Origin: Bacillota bacterium
GTDB lineage: Bacteria > Bacillota > DTU025 > JANLFS01
Assembly (NCBI GenBank): GCA_024655925.1
Contig: JANLFS010000005.1
Coordinates: 1-58,762 of the forward strand
Reading direction: 5' to 3'
Length of the DNA stretch: 58,762 nucleotides
Shown: one piece after another, positions 9,744 to 18,990 of the stretch
Numbering within the stretch: the stretch's first letter is position 1
How the letters are laid out: every line of letters begins with the position of its first letter
Made by a program: the position numbers and the translations under genes
The notes under the pieces: model-generated
What the model saw: only the letters and a program-made list of their open reading frames with translations
Told to the model about the DNA's origin: nothing
Databases searched by the model: none

Positions 9744-11666
9744 CTACGTGCTTGAAACAGATCTGTCCGACCGATTCTTCAGTTTTCGCCACAGAGTCAC
9801 TCTACTTATGCCGAGCCTCTTGGCGGCGAGGCTCTTGTTCCCGTGGCATTCCTCGAGCGCCGCCAATACAGTCTCGACCTCCAGGTCGTTCACGACCTCT
9901 CTCAGGTTTCCAGGACATGCCCCCCCATGTTCGGAGCAAGAAAGGAAGTCGGGTGGAAAGTCCAGGATTCCCTGCAGATCGGCTGAGGTTACGAGATGCT
10001 TATCGTGAAGTGTTATGACCCGTTGGATTATGTTCTTGAGCTCCCTCACATTGCCAGGCCAGTCGTATCTGCAGAGAAGGTTGACCGCGTCCGGCGATAG
10101 GGTCTTCCGATGCTTGCCTGTGGCTCGAGTGTAAACATCGAGGAAAAAGTCGGCGAGGAGTGGGATATCGTCTTTCCTGGTCCTAAGTGGGGGGATGAAG
10201 AGACGCAGGACGTCCAGACGGAAGTAGAGATCCGAGAGGAACTGACCCGATGCCACGAGTGCCTTGAGGTCACGGTTGGAGGCGGCAATCACCCTGACGT
10301 CCACAGGAATAACCTTGTCGTCTCCGATCCTCATGACCTCTCTCTCCTCAAGTACCCTGAGGAACCTCTCCTGGAGAGGCAGCGGCATTCCTGCGATCTC
10401 GTCAAGGAACACGGTACCTCCGTGGGCTTGCTCGAAGAGCCCCACTTTCCCGGCCTTTCGGGCACCGGTAAAGGCACCATCCACGTACCCGAAGAGCTCG
10501 CTCTCGAGCAGGGTGTCGGGAAAAGCGGCGCAGTTGACCGCGACAAAAGGGCCATGCCTGCGGGGGCTGCCGTTGTGGATGCTTTGGGCGAAGAGCTCCT
10601 TGCCAGTTCCAGTCTCGCCCAAAATCAGGACTGTATAGGAAGACTCCGCGAACCTGCGTGCGGTGTCCAACGCAGTGTTAATACCTTTACTGTTCCCGAC
10701 TATGTCTTCGAAGGTGAACCTCGCCACATGCCCGTGAGCCATGAGCTTTTGCCTCACGTTACGTTCGAGATTCTGCAGGCTCGTGACCTTCTGGAGGGTG
10801 GCTACGGCACCCAGGCATCTGCCGTGACACGTTATTGGATACTTGTTGATAGTCACCTGGACGCCTCCGACCTTCTGGACCTCTCCGGTCTCTGCCTCAC
10901 CCGTCCTCACGACGTTCAGGACTTCTATGTTTGGAAAGAGACTGGCGATGTGGCGCCCGAGCACCCCTGCTGCGGGTAACCCAGTCATTTGCTGAGCCGC
11001 TTTATTGAACTCGAGGACCCTGCCAACTTTGTCTACCGCGATTATCCCATCTGATACACTATTGATTACCTGATGCAGAATGCTCGACCTGTCTTCCCTA
11101 CCCTCCTGGCTGAGGATCACCTCGTTCGCCTGCTGTATCGCCCATTCGAGGCTGTTTCTGCCGGACTCGATCAGTATTCCGGTCAGGTTGAACCTCGGGG
11201 CATTCTGCACACCTATGACTCCCCCAACTACGACGCGTATTCCCATTCGGCGCAGTTCGCGCAGGCGGTCGCGGGCTTCGTCCTCGTTATCGATGGGGAC
11301 ATCAATGATCTCTGCTCCAAAGACTTCCGAAAGGACTTTGGTGTCAGGCGACAAGATATTGCGAAAGAACATGACCGCGACTCTCCGGTCGATCTCAAGG
11401 GCCTTCATGACAGCGCGCGCGATCTCGTAGCCGGTAATAGGCACCGTGACCAGTGGCAGGCCCACGTCTTCTGCTTCCTTGATGCATATGGCGGTTCCAC
11501 CTCTGCTCACAAGGACCTTTGCCCCGAGCGCCTTAGCCTGCCTTGCTGCCCGTACTCCCTCGTCCATGAGTCCTTTCACGATGGTCAAAGGTGTCCCGGA
11601 CCCGGCAATGTCACTCGCAATGCTAGCGAGGCCCTCGTAGGGAGCAACTACAGCAATCCCTGCCAT
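9744..11666 (-). CDS. sigma-54-dependent transcriptional activator (PrpR-type N-terminal domain, PAS, AAA+, Fis-type HTH)
   Basis: GETGTGKE Walker A, the GAFTGA loop (here YVDGAFTGARK), RVIAASNRDL, and a C-terminal HGNKSLAAKRLGISRVTLWRKL HTH. Start taken at MAGIAVVAPYEG (ATG 11666) rather than the listed 11735. Confidence 0.85.
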   Translation of the reverse strand: MAGIAVVAPYEGLASIASDIAGSGTPLTIVKGLMDEGVRAARQAKALGAKVLVSRGGTAICIKEAEDVGLPLVTVPITGYEIARAVMKALEIDRRVAVMFFRNILSPDTKVLSEVFGAEIIDVPIDNEDEARDRLRELRRMGIRVVVGGVIGVQNAPRFNLTGILIESGRNSLEWAIQQANEVILSQEGREDRSSILHQVINSVSDGIIAVDKVGRVLEFNKAAQQMTGLPAAGVLGRHIASLFPNIEVLNVVRTGEAETGEVQKVGGVQVTINKYPITCHGRCLGAVATLQKVTSLQNLERNVRQKLMAHGHVARFTFEDIVGNSKGINTALDTARRFAESSYTVLILGETGTGKELFAQSIHNGSPRRHGPFVAVNCAAFPDTLLESELFGYVDGAFTGARKAGKVGLFEQAHGGTVFLDEIAGMPLPLQERFLRVLEEREVMRIGDDKVIPVDVRVIAASNRDLKALVASGQFLSDLYFRLDVLRLFIPPLRTRKDDIPLLADFFLDVYTRATGKHRKTLSPDAVNLLCRYDWPGNVRELKNIIQRVITLHDKHLVTSADLQGILDFPPDFLSCSEHGGACPGNLREVVNDLEVETVLAALEECHGNKSLAAKRLGISRVTLWRKLKNRSDRSVSST

Positions 11667-12174
11667 GACGATCAAGTCCCCCGCACGGAGTATTGAAAAG
11701 CCTGAGACGGGTACTCGGCAAACTTGGTTGTGCAATTGAAACAGATCCCGGCTGTCTGAGCCAACGCCTTGCGGTTGGCGGTTGTTTATGCTGCGACTTC
11801 CAGTATTTTCGACGTCGAGCGCGCATACCCTTCATTTCGTTCAAGGTTACGCCAGTTTTCTGATCGTATGTTAACGTGGCGTAACGCCCTCGTTGCCGAA
11901 CTGAAACGCAACGGCGTCGAACGGCGCTCCATCAGGTGCCGAGGCGCAGCCGTGAGTGGCAGAGGGATTCGAGGTACTGCCCTCTACGCACTGGGAGTCG
12001 CGCGGCAGATCCTGAACGACCTGGTGCACGATACTGCAGTAGGGAGCTGGAAGAATCCGTAGAGTAAGATCCAGCTGCATAGTAACTGACGGCCCGGACG
12101 GGACCTCGCTCGAGCGTCGGTCCCGTCCTCGTCATGTACCCGCCTGCGCGCTGTCTCTACACGCTGACAGGGGA

Positions 12175-12204
12175 TTGACACACCGATGTCTGGAGGCGTA
12201 GTAT
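12175..12204 (+). promoter_or_regulatory. sigma-A-type promoter upstream of the GbsR-like gene
   Basis: TTGACA - 18 nt - TAGTAT, about 50 nt upstream of the ATG at 12256. Confidence 0.45.
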
Positions 12205-12255
12205 GATGGTGCCGCCGTTAACAAAATTGTAAACACCGTGAACAGAGGTGATCTC

Positions 12256-12780
12256 ATGGGCCTTGCAGAAGAACCCGAGAGCATCGGCGAGCGATTTGCG
12301 CGTGAGATGGGCAACTACTTCGAGACCTACGGGGCGAGCAGCATTTGCGGGCGAATACTAGGAAGGCTGATCTTCTCCACCAGGCCGCTCTCGCTCGATG
12401 AGATCGCCCAGGATCTTCAGATCTCCAAGCCCGCCGCAAGCGTGAACGTGCGTGTGCTCAGCCAGATGAGCATGGTTGAGAAAGTGACGGTCCCCGGCGA
12501 CAGGCGCGATTTCTACCGGATGCATCCGGACTGCGACCGGGTCATGCTGATCGGCGCAATCCAGAAACTGCAGGGCATGACTGAGATACTTGAGCGCGCA
12601 GCCCGGGCCCTGTCAGAGAGAGTGTCCCGGGGAACCCCCGCTGCGGAGGAGGCATCGGTGGTGTTGGAGAGGCTGGAGCAGTTCGCGGCGCTTTACAGAG
12701 TGTTTCAAAGGATGGCCATGGAGCTGGCCCAATCTGGCATGAATGAGGCTCGCTCAATGAAGCCAGAGAGTGAGGTGTAA
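12256..12780 (+). CDS. GbsR/MarR-family winged-helix transcriptional regulator
   Basis: FETYGASSICGRILGRLIFSTRPLSLDEIAQDLQISKPAASVNVRVL is the GbsR-type wHTH pattern. The ATG at 12256 has an AGAGGTGA RBS. Confidence 0.75.
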   Translation: MGLAEEPESIGERFAREMGNYFETYGASSICGRILGRLIFSTRPLSLDEIAQDLQISKPAASVNVRVLSQMSMVEKVTVPGDRRDFYRMHPDCDRVMLIGAIQKLQGMTEILERAARALSERVSRGTPAAEEASVVLERLEQFAALYRVFQRMAMELAQSGMNEARSMKPESEV

Positions 12781-12784
12781 GTGC

Positions 12785-13471
12785 ATGCCTGTAGTGGAGA
12801 CCCACGACCTTACGAAGAACTACTCCCACGGCCGGATGGCTGTGCCCGCTCTGCGCGGGGTGAATCTGACAATCGAGCCCGCCGAGTTCGCAGCTCTCGC
12901 CGGACCATCGGGGTCCGGAAAGACTACCCTCCTGAATATCGTGGGCTGCCTGGATCGACCTTCCGGCGGCAAGCTCTTCATCAACGGTCAAGACGTATCA
13001 GGGTACAGCCAAGCAAACCTCGCGGATCTCAGGCGCCAGAAGATCGGGTTCATATTCCAGACATACAACCTGATCCCTGTCCTCACCGCCTACGAGAATG
13101 TGGAACTCCCGTTGGTGCTGCTGCGGAGGAAGTCTGAGCGGGATATCCGGGATCGAGTCATGGCTCTCCTCGCCGAAGTAGGACTGGCTGGCCTTGAAAC
13201 TAGGCGCCCCGTGGATCTCTCTGGCGGTCAGCAGCAGAGGGTCGCTATTGCCCGGGCGCTCGTGAAGGAGCCTTCGCTAGTTCTGGCTGACGAGCCAACG
13301 GCGAATCTGGATTCGGAGAATGCCGAGGCCATCCTCGCCCTCATGAAGAAGCTCAATGAGGCCAAGGGGGCGACGTTCCTCTTCTCCACCCACGACCCGC
13401 TCGTGATGGACTACGCGAGGAGACTGATCAACATGCGCGATGGCAAGATTGTGAAGGACGAAAGGAGGTAG
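12785..13471 (+). CDS. ABC transporter ATP-binding protein (MacB/LolD type)
   Basis: Walker A GPSGSGKTT, Q-loop, signature LSGGQQQRVAIARAL, Walker B LVLADEPTANLD, and H-loop STHD. Confidence 0.9.
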   Translation: MPVVETHDLTKNYSHGRMAVPALRGVNLTIEPAEFAALAGPSGSGKTTLLNIVGCLDRPSGGKLFINGQDVSGYSQANLADLRRQKIGFIFQTYNLIPVLTAYENVELPLVLLRRKSERDIRDRVMALLAEVGLAGLETRRPVDLSGGQQQRVAIARALVKEPSLVLADEPTANLDSENAEAILALMKKLNEAKGATFLFSTHDPLVMDYARRLINMRDGKIVKDERR

Positions 13472-13473
13472 GA

Positions 13474-14718
13474 GTGATGTTCCGCTTCTACCTCGGTCTC
13501 ACGGCCAAGAATCTGTGGCGGCAGAAGAGGCGCACTTTCCTGACCGCCGGCGCTATCGCGATAGGGATAATGTACTTCATCGTCTTCGACTCCCTGCTAT
13601 CCGGAGCGGACAGGGAAGCGGTAGACAACATGATCGACTTCGAAACCGGCCACGTGCAGGTTGTGTCTGCGGCTGCGTCGCAAGATCGGAGGCCTCGGCC
13701 CGAGGAGCTGCTGCCGGACGGCGGGGATCTTGCACGGGAGATCTCGGCGTTGCCTCGGGTGAAGGCTGCCACGCCCAGGCTGACGTTCCCGGCCTCTGTC
13801 ATCGTTGGACTGGAGGAACTCCCTATCCTCGGCGTTGGAGTTGATCCGGATCTCGATGCTCGGGTTTTCCGTATCCCCGAGCACGTCACAGCCGGGAGGT
13901 GGCTAAGACCTGGCGAGGAAGGTGTGGTTCTGGGCAAGCGCATCGCCGACCTCCTGGAACTCGAACCTGGGGACATGCTGACTATCAGGACTCAGACGGT
14001 GGGGATGGCGTTCCAGGCAGTTGACCTGACCGTTCTGGGCATTGTCTCGACCCCGCACCCATCCGTCAACCAGGCGCACGTATTCCTCCCTCTCGATGTC
14101 GCACAGGCGGCGCTTGGGGCTGGGTCAGGCGCAACCATGGTTGCTGTCCGGGCAGAGTCCGAACGGGACATTGCAGGCATCGCCGACTCGATCCGAGGGC
14201 TTGGCATGTGGGACGCGGTGTGGGAGATCAAACCGTGGCGGGAAGCCGCGACGTTCCTCGCGATCGGAGCGGGCAAGAGGAGTCTCGGCATGGTCTTCTT
14301 GGGGCTCGTCCTGGTCATAGCCACTATCGGCGTGGTCAACTCTATACTCCTGTCGACCCTGGAGCGTGTGAGGGAGATCGGGATACTCAAGGCCATGGGC
14401 ATGAACGAAGCCAACATCACCAGGCTATTTGTACTCGAAGGATGCGGGCTCGGCATCCTTGGAGGTGTTCTCGGCGCCATTATGGCCATAGGCGCCAACG
14501 CCTACCTGGTTAACGTTGGGATTAACCTTGAGATGTTCATGGGCGAGATGGACATCGATATCGGGTATCCCATTGCCCAACGTATGTTCGGAGCCTGGAA
14601 CTGGCCCACGCTCTTCGGCGCCATTGCATTCGGGGTCGTAGTCGCGCTGGCGGCGAGCTACTTTCCGGCGAAGAGGGCTGCACATCTTGACCCTGTCGAG
14701 AGCCTGCGCCGGGTCTGA
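13474..14718 (+). CDS. FtsX/MacB-type ABC permease with a large extracytoplasmic domain
   Basis: One N-terminal TM helix, a loop of about 230 aa, then three C-terminal TM helices with REIGILKAMGM and a YFPAKRAAHLDPVESLR tail. Confidence 0.85.
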   Translation: MMFRFYLGLTAKNLWRQKRRTFLTAGAIAIGIMYFIVFDSLLSGADREAVDNMIDFETGHVQVVSAAASQDRRPRPEELLPDGGDLAREISALPRVKAATPRLTFPASVIVGLEELPILGVGVDPDLDARVFRIPEHVTAGRWLRPGEEGVVLGKRIADLLELEPGDMLTIRTQTVGMAFQAVDLTVLGIVSTPHPSVNQAHVFLPLDVAQAALGAGSGATMVAVRAESERDIAGIADSIRGLGMWDAVWEIKPWREAATFLAIGAGKRSLGMVFLGLVLVIATIGVVNSILLSTLERVREIGILKAMGMNEANITRLFVLEGCGLGILGGVLGAIMAIGANAYLVNVGINLEMFMGEMDIDIGYPIAQRMFGAWNWPTLFGAIAFGVVVALAASYFPAKRAAHLDPVESLRRV

Positions 14719-14743
14719 CCGCTGAAGGGAGGACGGTTGCACG

Positions 14744-15997
14744 ATGAACTACCTTATGAGGATGGCCTGGCGCAACCTGGGCCGGCACCGAGGACGGACC
14801 GCTCTGAGCCTGCTCGCCGTGGTCATGGGTGTGTTCGTGGTGGTGATGGCAAAGGGCTTCGTCGACGGCATGCTCGACTCCTGGATTATGTATAACATCA
14901 GCTTGAATTCCGGGCATGTGAGGATCATCCAGCCAGAGTACGAACTCAAGGAACGGATGCTCTCCCTGGCCCACCCAGTGGGAGACGATGAGAGACCTTA
15001 CAGCGACATAGTGGAGGACATCCGGCGGCTGCCGGAGGTCTCCGCGGCCACTGGCCGCATCCGGTTCGGGATGATGCTGGTGGCGGGGGAAGATCTGCAG
15101 GAGACGGCTTTTGGAATCGGGACCGAGCTCGACCAGGAGGAGAGAGCGGTCCGCCTGAGCCGGTTCCTGGCAGATCGGGATGCAGGCAGGCTTCCTGAGC
15201 CTGGCCGGCAGGAGATCGTCATGGGTGAGCAACTCATGGCCAAGTTGAGGTTGAGAGTCGGGGACAAGGTCACAGGGCTGTTCTCGACATCCTTCGGCTC
15301 ACTCGGACTTGCCACCTTCCAGGTGGTGGGCAGAATGTCCAGCGGCCTCAAGCTTCTCGACGAGACTTCTGTATACATCCCCCTCGACGTGGCGATGCGT
15401 CTTCTCGATATGGACGACGCCGTCACAGAGATCGTAGTGTTCGGCCAAAACACGGCCCAGACTCCGGCTCTCATGGCCGGTGTCCAGCGGGTGGTCGGGC
15501 CGGGCCTGAAGGCGGTCCCGTGGAACGAATACAACGAGCTGATCTCCTATATGCAGCAGGTGCGCGCCATCTACACGGTGATCTACGCGTTTCTAGTGGT
15601 CCTCGCTTCATTCGTAGTGTTCAACACGCTGCTCATGGTCGTGTCCGAGCGGACGCGGGAGATCGGCATGCTCTCGGCCTTGGGACTCAATCCCGCGTCC
15701 ATAAGGCACCTCTTCCTTCTGGAGGGCGCAATAGTGGCCGTGGCCGGGAGCATCGCGGGCGCGGTGATGGGATGGGCATTCAACTGGTGGTTCGGCCAGG
15801 TGGGATTAGACATCGCTTCCATGACGGAGGCTCTCGGTGGAGACATTCTCATGACACCCAGGGTCTATCCCACGACCGATCTCTCGGTCGCGGTCTTCTC
15901 GTTCATCCTGGGCGTGGCCGTCACAATGATTGCAGTTTACCTTCCGGCAAGAAGGGCGGGATCCCTCCGGCCGACGGAGGCACTCAGGACAGCATGA
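14744..15997 (+). CDS. second FtsX/MacB-type ABC permease
   Basis: Same architecture as the previous gene (REIGMLSALGL, YLPARRAGSLRPTEALR). Confidence 0.85.
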   Translation: MNYLMRMAWRNLGRHRGRTALSLLAVVMGVFVVVMAKGFVDGMLDSWIMYNISLNSGHVRIIQPEYELKERMLSLAHPVGDDERPYSDIVEDIRRLPEVSAATGRIRFGMMLVAGEDLQETAFGIGTELDQEERAVRLSRFLADRDAGRLPEPGRQEIVMGEQLMAKLRLRVGDKVTGLFSTSFGSLGLATFQVVGRMSSGLKLLDETSVYIPLDVAMRLLDMDDAVTEIVVFGQNTAQTPALMAGVQRVVGPGLKAVPWNEYNELISYMQQVRAIYTVIYAFLVVLASFVVFNTLLMVVSERTREIGMLSALGLNPASIRHLFLLEGAIVAVAGSIAGAVMGWAFNWWFGQVGLDIASMTEALGGDILMTPRVYPTTDLSVAVFSFILGVAVTMIAVYLPARRAGSLRPTEALRTA

Positions 15998-16022
15998 TTC
16001 AGGAACTCTGGGAGGTAGCGAA

Positions 16023-16793
16023 ATGGCGAGATTCGCACTTACTCGCATGTTGGCGTCTGCGGCCCTGGTCGCCGTGGCCCTTGTATTTGGCCCGGGCGCG
16101 GCCTTGGCTGCTCCCACTCCCGCTGAGATAATCGGGAGGATGGAGAGGAATACGGAGTTCACGACCGCCTATTATGAGGCGCGGATGGAGATGACTCTCG
16201 GCGGGCGGAGCAACACCAAGACCATGAGGGCATGGGTGGAAGGCAATGACCGGGCCTTCGTGGAGTTCACCAACAAGCGCGATTTCGGAACTCGGATCCT
16301 CAAGATCGGGGACGACTTGTGGCTCTTTTCTCCCACTGCCGAGGAGGAGGTCAAGCTCTCCGGGGAGATGCTCAAGCAGGGCATGATGGGCAGCGACTTC
16401 TCCTACCAGGACGCGCTCGAGAGCGCAAGACTGCTGGAGCTGTATGATGCCCGGGTGGCCGGGCAGGAGACCCTGGAAGGCCGCCCCTGCTTTGTTCTGG
16501 AACTCGTGGCCAAGGAAGGCGCCCGGGTCAGCTACCACAGGCGGAAGATCTGGGTCGATTCCGAACGCTACGTCGCACTGCGCGAGGAGCTGTATGCCCC
16601 ATCAGGCAAGCTGCTCAAGCGGTCCACTACTGAGAAGGTTGAAAAGGTGGCAGACCGCTACTATCCTATGTCCATCGTCATGGAGGACATGGCGAGGAAG
16701 GGATCCTCGACCCGGTTCGTCGTGGAGAAGATCATGTTCGATCAGCCCATTCCGGCGGCCACCTTCACTAGGCAGAGGCTGACAAGCAGGTAG
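16023..16793 (+). CDS. LolA-like outer-membrane lipoprotein-sorting family protein
   Basis: Signal peptide MARFALTRMLASAALVAVALVFGPGAALAAP. The remainder resembles LolA-like/DUF1329-type proteins (TMRAWVEGNDRAFVEFT, GDDLWLFSP, MMGSDFSYQD). The ATG at 16023 has a GGGAGG RBS. Confidence 0.65.
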   Translation: MARFALTRMLASAALVAVALVFGPGAALAAPTPAEIIGRMERNTEFTTAYYEARMEMTLGGRSNTKTMRAWVEGNDRAFVEFTNKRDFGTRILKIGDDLWLFSPTAEEEVKLSGEMLKQGMMGSDFSYQDALESARLLELYDARVAGQETLEGRPCFVLELVAKEGARVSYHRRKIWVDSERYVALREELYAPSGKLLKRSTTEKVEKVADRYYPMSIVMEDMARKGSSTRFVVEKIMFDQPIPAATFTRQRLTSR

Positions 16794-16812
16794 GCGGAGG
16801 AGGAGCAGCTCA

Positions 16813-17859
16813 ATGCATGTGACGATGAGAAGGCTGAGTCTCACGATAGTGGCGACTGCTGTGGCCTTCGTCGTAGTCGCGGTATTGACGGCGCGAACGG
16901 CCTCAGCTGCGGCGCCGGAGGGGTTCACCCTCCGCGGTGAGTTCGATGCCAGGTATGCTTTCGGGAACCTGGTGTCGGATCCTGTAGCTTCGTGGAACCT
17001 TAGACTCTCAGGTGACCTTGGTTGGGCCATCCTGCCCGGGCTCAATCTCACAGCCCGGGCACACGCAGCGGCTTCATTCCTTGACCTCCAGCCTGAGCTG
17101 GGCGTGGACCGACTATTTGTGCAGTACGAAGCCGGGCGCACAAGGCTCACCATGGGGCGTCAGGCGATAAACTGGGGGTTGGCGACAATGTTCCGGCCGA
17201 CCGATCTCATCACACCGAGGGATCCCACGACCTCGGATGAGAGCCGCCCCGGGAAGGTGCTCGCCACCCTCTACTGGAGGACATCGCCGGTCACCGGAGT
17301 CGAGCTCGTTGCCGGGGAAGACGTCTATGCCGTGCGAGCGGGTGTCGCCATTGGGCAGACCAACATGAGAGTGCTGGGAGTCTCACAGCCAGGTGCAAGG
17401 CATGCCCTGGGTGTGGACTTCGAGGGGGGCCTCGGCGGGTTGTACGGCGAAGCGTGCTATGATTGGGCAGACGGCGCTCCTGAGGACTACAGCACCGCCG
17501 GCACGCTGGGGTGGAAGAAGGCCTTCGGCAGCGGGAAACTGGTGTTTGCGGAGTATCACCGAAAGGATGTTCGCCAGGGGGGTATTCATCTACCATTTAG
17601 TTTCGCGGCTGCGGGTATCACATACCCCTTGGATGAGTTTACCACCGCAAGTGCGGCGTTAGTCGCGGACCTGCGCGGTGGGACGAAGACTGCCACAGGA
17701 ACGCTTTCTATGCTTGTAGCGGACGACCTGGACCTCAACTTCGGCGTGGTGGTGTCCGTGGTTCCCAGCGGTGGCCCGAGCCCGGCAGGCGCGGGGGGCG
17801 CGGGGGGAGACACGCGCCTGAAAGGCCAGGCTATGGTGGGGTTGAGGTGGTACTTGTAA
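16813..17859 (+). CDS. putative outer-membrane beta-barrel protein (DUF1302/alginate-export-like)
   Basis: Signal peptide ending ASAAAP, alternating amphipathic strands, an LTMGRQAINWG motif, and an aromatic C-terminus (GLRWYL). Confidence 0.5.
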   Translation: MHVTMRRLSLTIVATAVAFVVVAVLTARTASAAAPEGFTLRGEFDARYAFGNLVSDPVASWNLRLSGDLGWAILPGLNLTARAHAAASFLDLQPELGVDRLFVQYEAGRTRLTMGRQAINWGLATMFRPTDLITPRDPTTSDESRPGKVLATLYWRTSPVTGVELVAGEDVYAVRAGVAIGQTNMRVLGVSQPGARHALGVDFEGGLGGLYGEACYDWADGAPEDYSTAGTLGWKKAFGSGKLVFAEYHRKDVRQGGIHLPFSFAAAGITYPLDEFTTASAALVADLRGGTKTATGTLSMLVADDLDLNFGVVVSVVPSGGPSPAGAGGAGGDTRLKGQAMVGLRWYL

Positions 17860-17931
17860 CCCATCATGATCGTCTACACCTTCTTCCAAAGACAGATCGT
17901 GCAGGGGATCGCGCTGACTGGAATGAAGTGA
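17860..17931 (+). pseudogene. C-terminal relic (23 codons) of a carbohydrate ABC transporter permease
   Basis: PIMIVYTFFQRQIVQGIALTGMK* is the canonical tail of MalF/G-type sugar permeases. It starts immediately after the stop of the barrel gene, with no start codon or upstream body. Confidence 0.5.
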
Positions 17932-17960
17932 CGGGCGACGCGGATATCACAATGAATGAA

Positions 17961-17998
17961 GAGCCCGGGTCCGCTTGGGGGGAAGCGGTCCCGGGCTC
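17961..17998. terminator. 15-bp GC-rich hairpin between convergent gene relics
   Basis: GAGCCCGGGTCCGCTT-GGGGGG-AAGCGGTCCCGGGCTC with one mismatch. On the minus strand it is followed by TTCATTCATT. Confidence 0.45.
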
Positions 17999-18034
17999 AG
18001 TGCTGACTGATGTGTCCCGTCTGGGTGTCTCAGG

Positions 18035-18160
18035 CTACGGCAGGTAGTGGTCGGGCTCGTCGAGTCCGACTACCCTCTTGAGCCACGACTCGGGGTAGCT
18101 GACTGCGTTGAGCTTGCCGTTCTCGGTCACGAAGCCCATGTTGTACTTCCAGATCAGGTA
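18035..18160 (-). pseudogene. 41-codon C-terminal fragment of an unknown protein, truncated by the IS end
   Basis: YLIWKYNMGFVTENGKLNAVSYPESWLKRVVGLDEPDHYLP* abuts the IS terminal repeat at 18161. The original product cannot be assigned. Confidence 0.4.
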
Positions 18161-18990
18161 TGAAGTTTACCAACTTTAGTGGACACTTTTCGGCTACGCG
18201 GCGGAGTGGGTATTGGATGCCTCTCTTAGCTTCCGAGCGGCCTCGTATTCCATGGGGCTCATGTACCCCAGGGCCGAGTGCCTTCGGCGCCTGTTATGGA
18301 ATCCCTCTATGTACTCGAATACTGCAGATGCCAGAAAACGCCGTGTTGGCCAGGCGTGACGGTCTAACAGCTCTGTTTGCAGGGCCGCGAAAAAGCTCTC
18401 TGCAACTGCGTTGTCCAAAGCGTCCCCGACTGTGCCCATCGAGCCTACTATGCCGCACCCACGCGGCGTCTTTCCGAGTATGAGTGAGGTGTACTGGCAA
18501 CCGTGATCTGAGTGGTGAATGAGGCCTGGCTCGGGTCTGCGGTTCCAGATTGCCATGTTGACCGCATTCACGGCCAGTTCAGCGGAAGCGGTTTCACCCA
18601 TGGACCACCCAACCACTTTGCGCGAGAAGACGTCGATCACTGCGGCCAAATACAGCTTGCCTTCATCCGTGGGGTGTTCAGTTATGTCGGCAACCCACAG
18701 TCGGTCTGGAACGTCCGCTACGAACCGGCGGCTCACAAGATCATCAGAGAGCTTGGCTTTAGGGTCGCGGCGAGTAGTGCCGTACCTACTGCGGCGATGG
18801 ATTCTCTCTGGCCCCCTAACCCATTTGGAGAACCTGGCAGTCCTGGGGAGGGCGTTTCGGAACCTTTGCGGCATATCGGCGCGAGTATCCGGTCAGCTCG
18901 ACCAGGTTGTCGAAGAGCTTGGTCTTCTCTTTCTTCGGCGCGCGCACTTCGCGGGAAGCTGCATGGTAACGCGCTGCCTGTCGCAAACGG
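18161..18990 (-). mobile_element. decayed IS3-family insertion sequence (one end intact, the other lost)
   Basis: The terminal sequence TGAAGTTTACCAACTTTAGTGGACAC at 18161 is a TG...CA-type IS3 end. An OrfB-like DDE core lies inside. Upstream there is only an out-of-frame HTH scrap (KKEKTKLFDNLVELTGYSRRYAAKV). No matching inverted repeat is found near 19000-19120. Confidence 0.65.
18194..18874 (-). pseudogene. IS3-family transposase OrfB (DDE/rve core), N-terminally truncated
   Basis: LWVADITEHPTDEGKLYLAAVIDVFSRKVVGWSM, HHSDHGCQYTS, NAVAESFFAALQTELL and FHNRRRRHSALGYMSPMEYE are present. The OrfA and frameshift region are missing or scrambled. Confidence 0.75.

Noticed and set aside
11769-12062. 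97-aa ORF in the divergent intergenic region
   Set aside because: TTG start without an RBS, the first half is AT-rich with poor codon bias, and no motif is present. It is kept only as a possible gene remnant in the 11736-12174 finding.
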